Below, in pieces: positions 55,710 through 64,000 of a stretch of DNA of 64,000 bases. Source of the stretch: Thermodesulfobacteriota bacterium (GTDB lineage: Bacteria; Desulfobacterota; Desulfobaccia; Desulfobaccales; 0-14-0-80-60-11); contig JBFLXM010000004.1 in NCBI GenBank assembly GCA_040757175.1, positions 15,023-79,022 of the forward strand, in the 5' to 3' direction. The notes beneath the pieces were generated by a model, which was not told the DNA's origin, searched no databases, and saw only the letters and a program-made list of their open reading frames with translations. The position numbers and the translations under genes are program-made. How positions within the stretch are numbered: the stretch's first letter is position 1; each line of letters begins with the position of its first letter.

Positions 55710-57128
55710 ATGATCAAAGATTGTTTCATCAACAATAACTGGGTGGAAACCGGGCACAAGCTCCCGGTCCTCTCCCCCTGGTCCGGGGAGGCGGTGGGAG
55801 AGGTCTCCCTGGCGGGCGACCGGGAATGGGAAGAAGCCATAGTTGCAGCCGAAAAGGCAGCTATCATTTTTAAAGCCTTCTCCAGCCTGGAGCGTAAGCA
55901 AATGCTGGAAAAGCTGGCCGCGGGGGTGAAGAATCGCCAGGAGGAGCTGGCCCAGATGATTGTGGCGGAGGGGGGCAAGCCCATCACTTACGCCCGGGGG
56001 GAGATGGGCCGGGGCGTGCTCACCCTGAGCCTGGCCGGGGAAGAGGCCGCCAGAATCGGCGGCGAGGTTATGCCCCTGGATTTGACCACGGCCACCCGGG
56101 GCCGCTGGGGCCTGACCCGGCGTTTCCCCCTGGGCCCGGTCCTGGGCATCAGCCCCTTTAATTTCCCCTTCAATCTGGTGGCCCACAAGGTGGGGCCGGC
56201 CCTGGCCGCGGGCAACCCCATCATCATCAAGCCCGCCTCGGCCACTCCCCTGACCGCGCTCCTGCTGGCGGAAATCTATGGTGAGGCCGGCCTCACCCCC
56301 GGGGGTTTGCAGGTCTTGCCCAGCCCCTCCCAGGTAGCGGAAAAGTATGTGGGGGATGATCGCCTCAAGGCATTGTCCTTTACCGGCAGCGCCGCGGTGG
56401 GCTGGCGGCTGAAGGGTCTGGCGGGGCGCAAAAAGGTCATCCTGGAATTAGGGGGGAACGCCGCCTGCATCGTGGACCGGGACGCCGACCTGGAGAAGGC
56501 CGCAGCCCGGGCGGCCACCGGCGCGTTTTACCAGGCGGGCCAGGTGTGTATCGCGGTCAAGCGTCTCCTGGTGCACCAGGATATCTATGAGACCTTTAAA
56601 GAAAGTTTCCTCCGGGTCCTGGGCAAAAAGGTGGCGGCGGGAGACCCCCGCCGGGAAGAAACCGTGGTGGGACCGATGATTGACCGGGAGGCCGCGGCCA
56701 AGGTCAGGGAGCGGGTCCAGGAAGCCTTGGACCAGGGGGCCCGCCTCGCGGCCGGCGGCCTGGGGGAGGGGAACCTCATGCCCCCCCTGGTGCTGGAGGA
56801 GGTGACCCGGGAGATGGCGGTCTGGCGGGAAGAAGTCTTCGGGCCGGTGGTGGTCCTGGCTCCCTTCCCCGATTTCCCCCAGGCTTTGGAGATGGCCAAC
56901 GACACGGTTTACGGGCTTCAGGCCGGGGTCTTTACGAAAAACCTGGCCCACGCCTGGCAGGCCTTCGAGACCCTGGAAGTGGGGGGAGTGATCATCAACG
57001 ATTCACCGGCCTTCCGGGTGGATAATATGCCTTACGGCGGCGTCAAGGCCTCGGGTCTGGGCCGGGAGGGCCTGCGTTACGCGGTGGAAGAACTCACGGA
57101 GATGCGCCTGATGGCCTTGAATGTGTAA
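55710..57128 (+). CDS. NAD(P)-dependent aldehyde dehydrogenase
   Basis: It has ISPFNFP, FTGS, LELGGNAACIV and AGQVCIAVKRLLV (catalytic Cys), and is 472 aa long. Confidence 0.9.
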   Translation: MIKDCFINNNWVETGHKLPVLSPWSGEAVGEVSLAGDREWEEAIVAAEKAAIIFKAFSSLERKQMLEKLAAGVKNRQEELAQMIVAEGGKPITYARGEMGRGVLTLSLAGEEAARIGGEVMPLDLTTATRGRWGLTRRFPLGPVLGISPFNFPFNLVAHKVGPALAAGNPIIIKPASATPLTALLLAEIYGEAGLTPGGLQVLPSPSQVAEKYVGDDRLKALSFTGSAAVGWRLKGLAGRKKVILELGGNAACIVDRDADLEKAAARAATGAFYQAGQVCIAVKRLLVHQDIYETFKESFLRVLGKKVAAGDPRREETVVGPMIDREAAAKVRERVQEALDQGARLAAGGLGEGNLMPPLVLEEVTREMAVWREEVFGPVVVLAPFPDFPQALEMANDTVYGLQAGVFTKNLAHAWQAFETLEVGGVIINDSPAFRVDNMPYGGVKASGLGREGLRYAVEELTEMRLMALNV

Positions 57129-57210
57129 AGCAGGGGTGAACGTTAGGTTCGCCCCTAGAGGAAAATTTTCTTTTGCTAGCAATAAGGGGCGAGGGATTGA
57201 TCTCCAAGGA

Positions 57211-57338
57211 GAGACCTCTGCGAAAGTCTCATGTGGAACAGCCGCCCTCGGCTGTCCACCCTTCATCTAGTAGCAGGCGAGGGCGCCTGCTCCACATTTT
57301 GATTAAAGGAAAGTAATTGAGACTTTCGCAGAGGTCTC
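57211..57338. mobile_element. MITE family A, copy 5 (ends 2 nt before the GGAGG RBS of the decarboxylase gene)
   Basis: It has a perfect 5-bp TSD, AAGGA (57206-57210 and 57339-57343). Confidence 0.85.
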
Positions 57339-57353
57339 AAGGAGGATCACCGC

Positions 57354-59021
57354 ATGAGGGAAACCGTGGTAGAACATGTTCTGAGGCGTTTAAAACAACT
57401 GGGCATCAGGCACGTCTTCGGGGTGCCCGGCGACTTTTCCTTCGGCATCAGCGACCCCATCTGCCATGACCCGGAACTCCGCTGGATCGGCACCAGCAAT
57501 GAGCTGAACGCAGCCTACGCCGCGGACGGCTATGCCCGGATCAAGGGGTTTGCGGCCCTGTCCACGGCCTTCGGCGTGGGCGAACTGAGCGCCATCAACG
57601 GCCTGGCCGGCTCTTACACCGAACATCTGCCCGTGTTCCACCTGGTGGGCATGCCTAATACCAAAACCCAACTTGAACGCCGGCTGGTGCACCATACCCT
57701 GGGTAAAGGCGAGTTTGACGTTTTCCTGAAGATGGCCCAGCCCGCGGTCTGCGCCAGTTCCATCCTGACGCCGGAGAACACGGTCTCCGAGATGGAGCGC
57801 CTGGTGACGGCCGCGGTCAGCCACCGCCGCCCCGTATATCTGGGTATCCCGGCCGACTATGCCACCGCCCCGCTGTCTAAAGGAACGGCAGCCGTAAGCC
57901 AGGTTCCTGCTCCCGCCACTGACCGGGAAGCGCTCACGGAAGCGGTGGAGATCATCGCCGCCAAGCTCGCCGGTGCGAAGACCGCGGCCATCCTGGCGGG
58001 TTATCTGATTCCCCGCCTGGGGTGCACGGCAGAGGCCCAGGCCCTGGTGGAGGCCAGCAACCTCCCCTTCGCCACCATGTTCATGGATAAAACGGCCCTG
58101 GACGAAACCCACCCCCAATATATCGGCATGTACGACGGACGCATCATGAACCCCGAAATCCGGGAGTTCATCGAAGACTGCGACTGCGTTCTGAACTTAG
58201 GCGCCCTGTGGAGCGATCTCAACACCGGCGCGTTTACCGCCCGCATCGACCCGGCCAGGATGATCAGCGTGATGCATCACCATGTGCGGGTGGGCCGGGC
58301 CGTTTTCCCTAACATCGAATTCGGCGACGCCCTGTTAGAGCTGACCCGGAAAGTAGTGAAGAAGGAGGTGCCGGCCCCGAAGGCCCACGGGTTGGGCGAG
58401 CCCCAGGGTGCCCCGGGCGATAAGATCACCCCGGCCTACCTCTATCCCCGCTGGGAGAAGTTCTTCCGGCCGGGTGACCTGGTCATGGCCGAGACGGGCA
58501 CGGTGGCCATGGGCCTGGCCTTCGCCCTGATGCCCCCAGGATCGGCCTTTCAGAACCAGCTCCTCTGGTGTTCCATCGGCTGGGCCACCCCCGCGGCCCT
58601 GGGCGCGGCGTTGGCCGAACCTGCGCGGCGCACCATCCTCATCACCGGTGAAGGCGCGCTGCAGATGACCGTCCAGGAGATCGGCCAGTTCTGCCGGTAC
58701 GGCCTGAAGCCCATTATTTTTTGCCTGAATAACCAGGGCTACCTGATCGAACGCCTGCTCTGCAAAAACCCCATGGAATGTTACAACGACGTGGCGCCCT
58801 GGAACTACCAGCACTTGCCCGCGTCTCTGGGGTGCCACGACTGGTTTACAGCCAGGGTGGCCACCAATGCCGAACTGGACGCAGCCATGGAGCAGGCTGC
58901 GGCCTGCGGCACGGGCGCTTTCATTGAGGTGGTGACGGATAAAATGGCGGCCCCGCCCATGGCTATAAAACTGCACGAATCCATCCAGACCCTTTATGGC
59001 CTGAAGCGCCTGGGCGAGTAA
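57354..59021 (+). CDS. Thiamine-diphosphate-dependent 2-keto-acid decarboxylase (indolepyruvate/pyruvate decarboxylase family)
   Basis: The N-terminus is VVEHVLRRLKQLGIRHVFGVPGDFSF. The TPP motif region is GEGALQMTVQEIG...NNQGY. It is 555 aa long. Confidence 0.85.
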   Translation: MRETVVEHVLRRLKQLGIRHVFGVPGDFSFGISDPICHDPELRWIGTSNELNAAYAADGYARIKGFAALSTAFGVGELSAINGLAGSYTEHLPVFHLVGMPNTKTQLERRLVHHTLGKGEFDVFLKMAQPAVCASSILTPENTVSEMERLVTAAVSHRRPVYLGIPADYATAPLSKGTAAVSQVPAPATDREALTEAVEIIAAKLAGAKTAAILAGYLIPRLGCTAEAQALVEASNLPFATMFMDKTALDETHPQYIGMYDGRIMNPEIREFIEDCDCVLNLGALWSDLNTGAFTARIDPARMISVMHHHVRVGRAVFPNIEFGDALLELTRKVVKKEVPAPKAHGLGEPQGAPGDKITPAYLYPRWEKFFRPGDLVMAETGTVAMGLAFALMPPGSAFQNQLLWCSIGWATPAALGAALAEPARRTILITGEGALQMTVQEIGQFCRYGLKPIIFCLNNQGYLIERLLCKNPMECYNDVAPWNYQHLPASLGCHDWFTARVATNAELDAAMEQAAACGTGAFIEVVTDKMAAPPMAIKLHESIQTLYGLKRLGE

Positions 59022-59113
59022 TACCGTTTTCGGTTTTCGGTTTTCGGTTAAAAGATTGGTAATTATCAATAAGTTATCCATATGATTTGTTGCAGCAGAA
59101 AACGAACTTGGTA
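59022..59113. mobile_element. MITE family B, copy 3 (92 bp, one fewer heptamer; TSD TAA, where the left TAA is the decarboxylase stop codon)
   Basis: The TAA flanks are at 59019-59021 and 59114-59116. Confidence 0.75.
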
Positions 59114-59292
59114 TAAGGCCCCGAGGCCGGCTCCGGAGCTGGTTAAGCCCCGGTAAGGGGTTTCGTGGGTTTAGCCCAAGATCAATGGAGTTATTTTCAG
59201 GGCAAACTGCCTCTTTCCCGAAATTTTACTTGCATTTCCGCACATTTTTAGGCAATATAGGGACTTAGAGTACTTCTGGGAGGGGGATCCTA

Positions 59293-59682
59293 ATGGCCGG
59301 AGCAGGTGCTGCGGAAGGGACCCAGAAGGGCAAAAAGAAGCACCATTTCCTGGCGGGCGTGGCGCTCTCCGTGGGATTGGTGTTGGCCTTCCTGGCTATT
59401 TTCTGCCACCAGGGTCTGTACCGGATATATTGTCTGCGCCAGGAGCGCCAGTCTCTGGAGCAGGAAACTAACCGCTTGGCCGCGGAAAACAGCCGGCTGG
59501 CCCGCACCATCGACCGTCTGCGACACGACCCGGAGATGATTCAGGACCTCATCCGCCGGGAACTGAATTTCATCAGGAAAAACGACATTATCATCCAGTT
59601 CCCTCAACCAGCCGGGAAAAATCAAGCCCTTCCCCCCCGGGCCCAAGCCGCCCCCCACCGCGCCCCACCCGGAGGGAGGTAA
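59293..59682 (+). CDS. ftsB: Septum formation initiator FtsB/DivIC family protein
   Basis: It has a single TM (VALSVGLVLAFLAIF) followed by a coiled coil (LRQERQSLEQETNRLAAENSRLARTIDRL) and DPEMIQDLIRRELNFI. Confidence 0.75.
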   Translation: MAGAGAAEGTQKGKKKHHFLAGVALSVGLVLAFLAIFCHQGLYRIYCLRQERQSLEQETNRLAAENSRLARTIDRLRHDPEMIQDLIRRELNFIRKNDIIIQFPQPAGKNQALPPRAQAAPHRAPPGGR

Positions 59683-59684
59683 AG

Positions 59685-60176
59685 ATGCCCGAGCAAGGAG
59701 TGTCTCTGGAGCGCCTCAAGGAGCGCCTGGAGCGGGAGCCCTGCGCCGGGGCCATGTATCTGCTGGCGGAGACCTATTATCAACAGGGCCAGTATCCCCA
59801 GGCCGCGGCTGCCAGCCGCCAGGCTCTGTCCCTCTACCCTGAGAATCTGGAACTCCGCTTGATTCTGGGACAGTCCCTGGTCTCCCTGGGAGAGTATACC
59901 GAGGCCGAGGAGGTCCTGGAGCCCCTGATCACTGCCATCGGCCGCCTGGGAGAGGTCTTTAACACCCTGCACCATCTCTATCAAGGGCAGGGCCGCCCGG
60001 CGGCTGCGGATCGGGCCGCAGAGCTTTACCGCCTCCTGAAAGAGGGCCTGGAGGCCCTGCTTAAAGAAGAAGAGAGCCTCGCCCCTCCCCTGGCTGCGGG
60101 TTCCACTAAACGGGGCTACCTGCTCCGGACCCTGGAGGCCCTGGAGAAGTGGCAACGGGCCTTGCAATCTCACTGA
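59685..60176 (+). CDS. TPR-like helical repeat protein
   Basis: It has YLLAETYYQQGQYPQAAAASRQALSLYPEN and starts 2 nt after the ftsB stop. Confidence 0.5.
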   Translation: MPEQGVSLERLKERLEREPCAGAMYLLAETYYQQGQYPQAAAASRQALSLYPENLELRLILGQSLVSLGEYTEAEEVLEPLITAIGRLGEVFNTLHHLYQGQGRPAAADRAAELYRLLKEGLEALLKEEESLAPPLAAGSTKRGYLLRTLEALEKWQRALQSH

Positions 60177-60182
60177 CAAGTT

Positions 60183-60311
60183 GAGACCTCTGCGAAAGTC
60201 TCGATTACTCTTTTGTTAATCTAAATGTGGAGCAGGCGCCCCCGCCTGCTACCAAATGAAGCGTGAACAGCCGAGGGCGGCTGTTCCGCATGAGACTTTC
60301 GCAGAGGTCTC
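60183..60311. mobile_element. MITE family A, copy 6 (inverted orientation)
   Basis: It has a perfect 5-bp TSD, AAGTT (60178-60182 and 60312-60316). The internal sequence is the reverse complement of the other copies. Confidence 0.85.
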
Positions 60312-60450
60312 AAGTTCAAGGTTCAACGTCCAGGATTGTTAACGGCGGCGGTGGCCCTGCCGGCCGTGAAAGGCCCTCAGAACCATTGTCCCTGGTTTCA
60401 AGGACCGCCTGAAGGTCAATGCCAACTGCCGAAGAAAGGTTTATTTCCTT

Positions 60451-61011
60451 ATGTACAGCACTGCTGAATTCAAGAAAGGCTTAAAAATCGAGCTGGATGG
60501 CTCGCCCTTGATGATCGTCGATTTTCAGCACGTCAAACCCGGGAAAGGCGGCGCGTTCGTGCGCACCAAATTGAAGAACCTGCTCACCGGCCGGGTGCTG
60601 GACCAGACCTTCCGCTCCGGGGAGAAAGTGAAAAAGCCGGACCTGATGGAAAAGGAGATGCAGTATCTCTACAAGGATGGGGACAGGTACTGTCTCATGG
60701 ACAACGAGACTTATGAGCAGATTATGCTCTCCGCCGAGCAAGTGGGCGACGCGGTTCTGTACCTGACCGAAAATATGAACCTTAAGGTCCTCATTTTCAA
60801 CCAGCAGCCGGTGGCCGTGGATCTGCCCAATTTTGTGGAATTGACGGTGGCCCAGGCAGAGCCGGGGGTGCGGGGCGACACCGCCACCGGCGGCACCAAG
60901 CCCGCCACCCTGGAGTCCGGGGCGGTGATCCAGGTCCCTTTGTTTATTAATGAGGGAGACCGGTTGAAAGTGGACACCCGCACCGGCACTTATATCGAAC
61001 GTCTCAAATGA
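60451..61011 (+). CDS. efp: Elongation factor P
   Basis: It reads [41 protein letters not shown]. Confidence 0.95.
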   Translation: MYSTAEFKKGLKIELDGSPLMIVDFQHVKPGKGGAFVRTKLKNLLTGRVLDQTFRSGEKVKKPDLMEKEMQYLYKDGDRYCLMDNETYEQIMLSAEQVGDAVLYLTENMNLKVLIFNQQPVAVDLPNFVELTVAQAEPGVRGDTATGGTKPATLESGAVIQVPLFINEGDRLKVDTRTGTYIERLK

Positions 61012-61012
61012 C

Positions 61013-61396
61013 CTAAGCCACCTTTACCAAGACCACGTAGCGGCGCACCCCGAATTTTACCGCATTTTTCTTCGATCTCATGAAGACGTCCGCCTTCTTT
61101 TTGATGCGGGGGTGCATGCGGTCCTGAAAATCAAACACCCCCATGCCGTGGAGCAATAGCCGGTCACCAAAATTAAGGTTCAAGCTCCGCTCCACGTCGC
61201 GGCTGACCGCCATCATCCCTTCGCTCACCTTCTGGCCGGAAGCGGTGTACCCCTGGCGGGAGCCTTTGCCCCCATAAACCCCGGGATGATAAGCGGTAAC
61301 CGTAACCACTGACATAGTGACACTCATGGTCGGCTGCGGCCAACCTAGAAAACCTACCACCAACCCTAGCAGACAATAGAGCGCTATCTTTCGCAT
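61013..61396 (-). CDS. 3D-domain (MltA-like barrel) secreted protein
   Basis: It has a signal peptide and then TAYHPG...TASGQKV..GMMAVSRD...FGDRLLL.GMG.F.FQDRM...KKADVF. The ATG at 61396 is preceded by AGAGAGGGA. Confidence 0.7.
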   Translation of the reverse strand: MRKIALYCLLGLVVGFLGWPQPTMSVTMSVVTVTAYHPGVYGGKGSRQGYTASGQKVSEGMMAVSRDVERSLNLNFGDRLLLHGMGVFDFQDRMHPRIKKKADVFMRSKKNAVKFGVRRYVVLVKVA

Positions 61397-62278
61397 ACGT
61401 CCCTCTCTTTCCAAGAGGTTTATGGATATTGATTAATTTTTGGTTAGGAAAGTTGAGAAAAGGAAAGCCTGGAAAAGCTTTGGACCTGAGCCGGGTGTTG
61501 CCTGTGCCGGTAGATTGCGCCGGTCAGCTCCGGGGCCGTCCTTCCAGGAAGCGTCCTGTCTGCTTCCTGGGGCTTTGGCCAGTTTCAGATCCCTCCGTTT
61601 TTTACCGGAGCTGAAGCGTACCAGCTGGGGCCATCCACGCGGGCTCGAAAATTTATGTGCCTTATAGCACGAGCTAGCGAGGCTGTCAAGAAATAAAATT
61701 TCGACAATATAGATAACTATCTTATATAATTATATAAATAACCCAAAAAAAGAGTGGTATTCCTCTTACAGGGTGGGCTATCCTACTTCTATGCTTTTAT
61801 TAATGGAAAAGTGGGGGTTTTTCCCTTAAAAAATCATTATTTAATGAAAAAGTGGGAGAAAATATTTTGAAAAGTTCTTTAATCTGAGAATATGTTGATT
61901 ATCTTTATAATAAATAATAATTTCATATAGTTATCTGATAAATTAATTAATGTTTCCCACCCACCTCTGCCTCGCGGCCAAACTTTAATTTTTTTCGATA
62001 AAAAAAAACCCGGGCCAGCCCCTCCAGGGAGGGAAGTATCAGGGTTAAGGCTTAATGGGGGTAGTGGCGGAAAAAACTGAAGCAAAAATGACGGTTAACG
62101 ATTTAAATGGAATTGCCCGGGGAGGAGGCGGAGACCGGGAACCTTGCCCCTCGACCCGCCTTACTCTCTAATTTTCACAGCAATAAGGGACTGGAGTTGC
62201 GGGCGGAGGTCCACGCCCCTGGCCCCTTCCCCCAAATTCCCCATTCTTTAACCCGCGGACCGCAGGTTGTCAAACCCC

Positions 62279-62494
62279 TCAGGAGCCCCCGAAACCTATG
62301 CTTACCTGCCCGGCCTGCACCAGGACCGGCACTTTGCGGATACCCTTGGTGAGCCGCAGCATCTCTTCCAGGGCCTGGGGGTCTTCCCGCACGTCCCGGT
62401 AATTGACCTGCACTCCTTCTTTGCCTTTGGCCTCCCGGGCCTTTAACGTAAATGGTCAACTCTTTTTACCGAAAATGGTCACTTCTGGAGCCAT
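62279..62494 (-). CDS. Glutaredoxin-like (YruB/NrdH-like) small protein with in-frame TGA at the redox-active position: candidate selenoprotein
   Basis: It reads MAPEVTIFGKKS-TGA(62458-62456)-PFTLKAREAKGKEGVQVNYRDVREDPQALEEMLRLTKGIRKVPVLVQAGQVSIGFGGS. This is colinear with the glutaredoxin-like pattern V.IY....CP.C..AK..L...G..Y...D...D......M.......VP...(I)G....GF. The RBS GAGAGG lies upstream, and the gene starts 10 nt after the stop of the upstream gene. It is not in the ORF track. Confidence 0.55.
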
Positions 62495-62504
62495 ACCTAC
62501 CTCT

Positions 62505-63686
62505 CTAACCGGTCTGCAGAAAAAAGACCTTCAAGTAGAGAAAATCCACCAGGTTGAGAATCACCAGGGGGTTTTCGGACAGGGTGTATTGCACCCCTTC
62601 AAACCGGGGGCTGACCTTCTTCTTGACATTTTCCATAAACTTCTGATACAGATGCGGATTTTCCGGGCAGGCCTGCTGCAGAAAGGTTTGGAAGACCTTG
62701 GAGTGCCGCAGGGCCAAGTTTTGGGTCTCCTGGCGGAGCTTCACCCTCAGGGGCTTTAAGGCATCATCAAAGAAATCGCCGATGTCCTCGTATTTTTGCC
62801 TGATCTGGGAGAAAGTCCACTGCCGCAGGCCCCGGTATTGGTTGGCGGTTTCTCCTCCCAGGTTGTCGGTGGTCAAGGTGACGATATTGATGCTGGGCAC
62901 CGTGGGATTATTCGCCGGTAGATTGACGATCTTGACCGCCATTTCCGGATATTGCCGGTTGGTGATGGTGTAGTCCCGGCTGAAGCGCTGTCCCGGGCGG
63001 TCATAGGTGTGGGACTCGGACACCACCCAGCCCTCCCTTTCCAGCCCCTGGAGCAAGGGGCGCGCCCTGGGGATGAGGCGCTGCAACTCCGCAAAACTGC
63101 CGGTGGCCGCCATGCCCCGTTCTTCTTTAAAGCCGTAATCTTCCGGCGCGGGAGGGGGGGGCTCCGGCTCCCTATAACCCGAGGTCTCCGGCGTCTCTTG
63201 GGGTTCAGGGGCAGGCGGCTGCCTCACCTGGGCCGCGGTGGGGTCCGGCGTCAGCCCCAAAATAAACAGGGCCTGCCCGGCCGCGCCCTTGCGGGCTTGA
63301 CGCCAAAATTTGTAAGGCTGCTCCGGGAAGAGTTCCAGAACGATCTTCACCCCGGCAGGGGAAGACTCGGTGACTACCTGTTCCACCAGGAGGTCATCCC
63401 CGGCCATGCTGGCGGGGAGCCGGCCGGCCCGGGCCTGGGGGAACTCCACCACCAGTTGCGGTTTCCCGCCCTCGGTCCTGGTGGAAACCCTGGGTTCGGC
63501 AGCCCGGCTCAAGACCACGGTGAGCATGGTGTTGTCCTCCACCCGGCTTATGCCCACCCGGCGCACTTCCACCCCCGCGCTGCCTCCCCAGGCGGCAGCC
63601 ACCGCCCCCCCCAGAAGCCCCAGGCAAAGGCAGATTATCCCGGCCCCGCGGCTCTTCCCTGACAAAATCTTGCTTTGATGGGACAT
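62505..63686 (-). CDS. Membrane-anchored protein with N-terminal AMIN-like domain and unknown C-terminal domain
   Basis: It has a TM (GIICLCLGLLGGAVAAAW) followed by VRRVGISRVEDNTMLTVVLSRAAEP....GKPQLVVEFPQA (AMIN-like pattern). I do not recognise the C-terminal ~200 aa. Confidence 0.55.
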   Translation of the reverse strand: MSHQSKILSGKSRGAGIICLCLGLLGGAVAAAWGGSAGVEVRRVGISRVEDNTMLTVVLSRAAEPRVSTRTEGGKPQLVVEFPQARAGRLPASMAGDDLLVEQVVTESSPAGVKIVLELFPEQPYKFWRQARKGAAGQALFILGLTPDPTAAQVRQPPAPEPQETPETSGYREPEPPPPAPEDYGFKEERGMAATGSFAELQRLIPRARPLLQGLEREGWVVSESHTYDRPGQRFSRDYTITNRQYPEMAVKIVNLPANNPTVPSINIVTLTTDNLGGETANQYRGLRQWTFSQIRQKYEDIGDFFDDALKPLRVKLRQETQNLALRHSKVFQTFLQQACPENPHLYQKFMENVKKKVSPRFEGVQYTLSENPLVILNLVDFLYLKVFFLQTG

Positions 63687-63698
63687 AGGCCGGATGCT

Positions 63699-64000
63699 TC
63701 AGCCTCCTTCCGGGACCCGTCGAAAGACCACGCAGGAACTGGGAGGACAGCCAGGGTGCCAATCCGCGGTCATGTCCGCGGACAACAGGTTACCGCCGTT
63801 GCCGGGAGAGACAATGACGATGGCGCCGGTTTTGGTGTAAATCCAGATCCTGCCTTCATTTACCATCCAGGTGAAATCCGTGGATTTCCCGGCATGGGTC
63901 CAGGTCCCTTTGCCATCCGCTTTGAGGTCCAGATCAACGTGACTCTTGCCGGCAAAGGGCTCCACGGAGCGATATTTGCCCGCGAAGGGGGAGCGGGACT
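63699..64000 (-). CDS. Hypothetical protein, partial (frame stays open to the right edge)
   Basis: The frame continues upstream of the track GTG (63965) as ...SPLPFAGKYRSVEPFAGKSHVDL... It ends at 63699, 13 nt before the next gene. Confidence 0.4.
   Translation of the reverse strand, partial: SRSPFAGKYRSVEPFAGKSHVDLDLKADGKGTWTHAGKSTDFTWMVNEGRIWIYTKTGAIVIVSPGNGGNLLSADMTADWHPGCPPSSCVVFRRVPEGG

Noticed and set aside
61440-61680. Possible structured sRNA (6S-like or SRP-like) around the CCAGGAAGC...GCTTCCTGG hairpin, and ORFs 61429-61614 and 61440-61667.
   Set aside because: I could not find a long closing stem, a central bubble or conserved SRP/6S motifs. The ORFs have no RBS or family. The hairpin is noted in the AT-rich-gap finding only.

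Overview
This is a high-GC chromosomal window from an anaerobic, deltaproteobacterial-type (Thermodesulfobacteriota-like) organism; no species is claimed. All coordinates and motif positions were worked out by hand and may be off by 1-2 nt. The core content is as follows. (1) A 10.9-kb minus-strand operon (3072-13913) encodes a tandem-module HdrA-like flavoprotein, three MvhD-like proteins, a 4Fe-4S protein, two diverged Cys-type FdhA formate-dehydrogenase catalytic subunits and an HdrD-like CCG protein. This looks like a putative cytoplasmic, flavin-based formate-oxidising Hdr-type complex. (2) Housekeeping genes are groES-groEL with a CIRCE operator, rimO, a polyprenyl synthase, an EF-G paralog, mog, rpoH-like sigma, hisH-hisF, ftsB, efp, accC, an aldehyde dehydrogenase plus a TPP-decarboxylase, and two sensory proteins. 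(3) Accessory content: a lower-GC island (about 14.8-20.2 kb) lies at an intact tRNA-Leu(UAA) and is bounded by the two halves of a second tRNA-Leu copy. It carries a 966-aa fused AEP primase-polymerase / SF2 helicase / HKD nuclease, an MNT-HEPN pair and a decayed integrase. This is my best candidate for an uncharacterised conflict or defence system. Other accessory genes are hicBA, a stand-alone HEPN-like gene and a low-GC orphan gene. (4) A gene hidden from the ORF track is a 71-codon glutaredoxin-like gene with an in-frame TGA exactly at the active-site Cys position, making it a candidate selenoprotein. (5) The repeat landscape is very dense. There are six copies of a ~130-bp MITE with 21-bp perfect TIRs and 5-bp target duplications. 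Two further MITE families share TACC...GGTA ends and 3-bp TWA duplications, and one copy is nested inside a MITE of the first family. There are also many heptanucleotide tandem arrays abutting stop codons, and GTAG-headed REP-like hairpins. No rRNA or CRISPR was seen.
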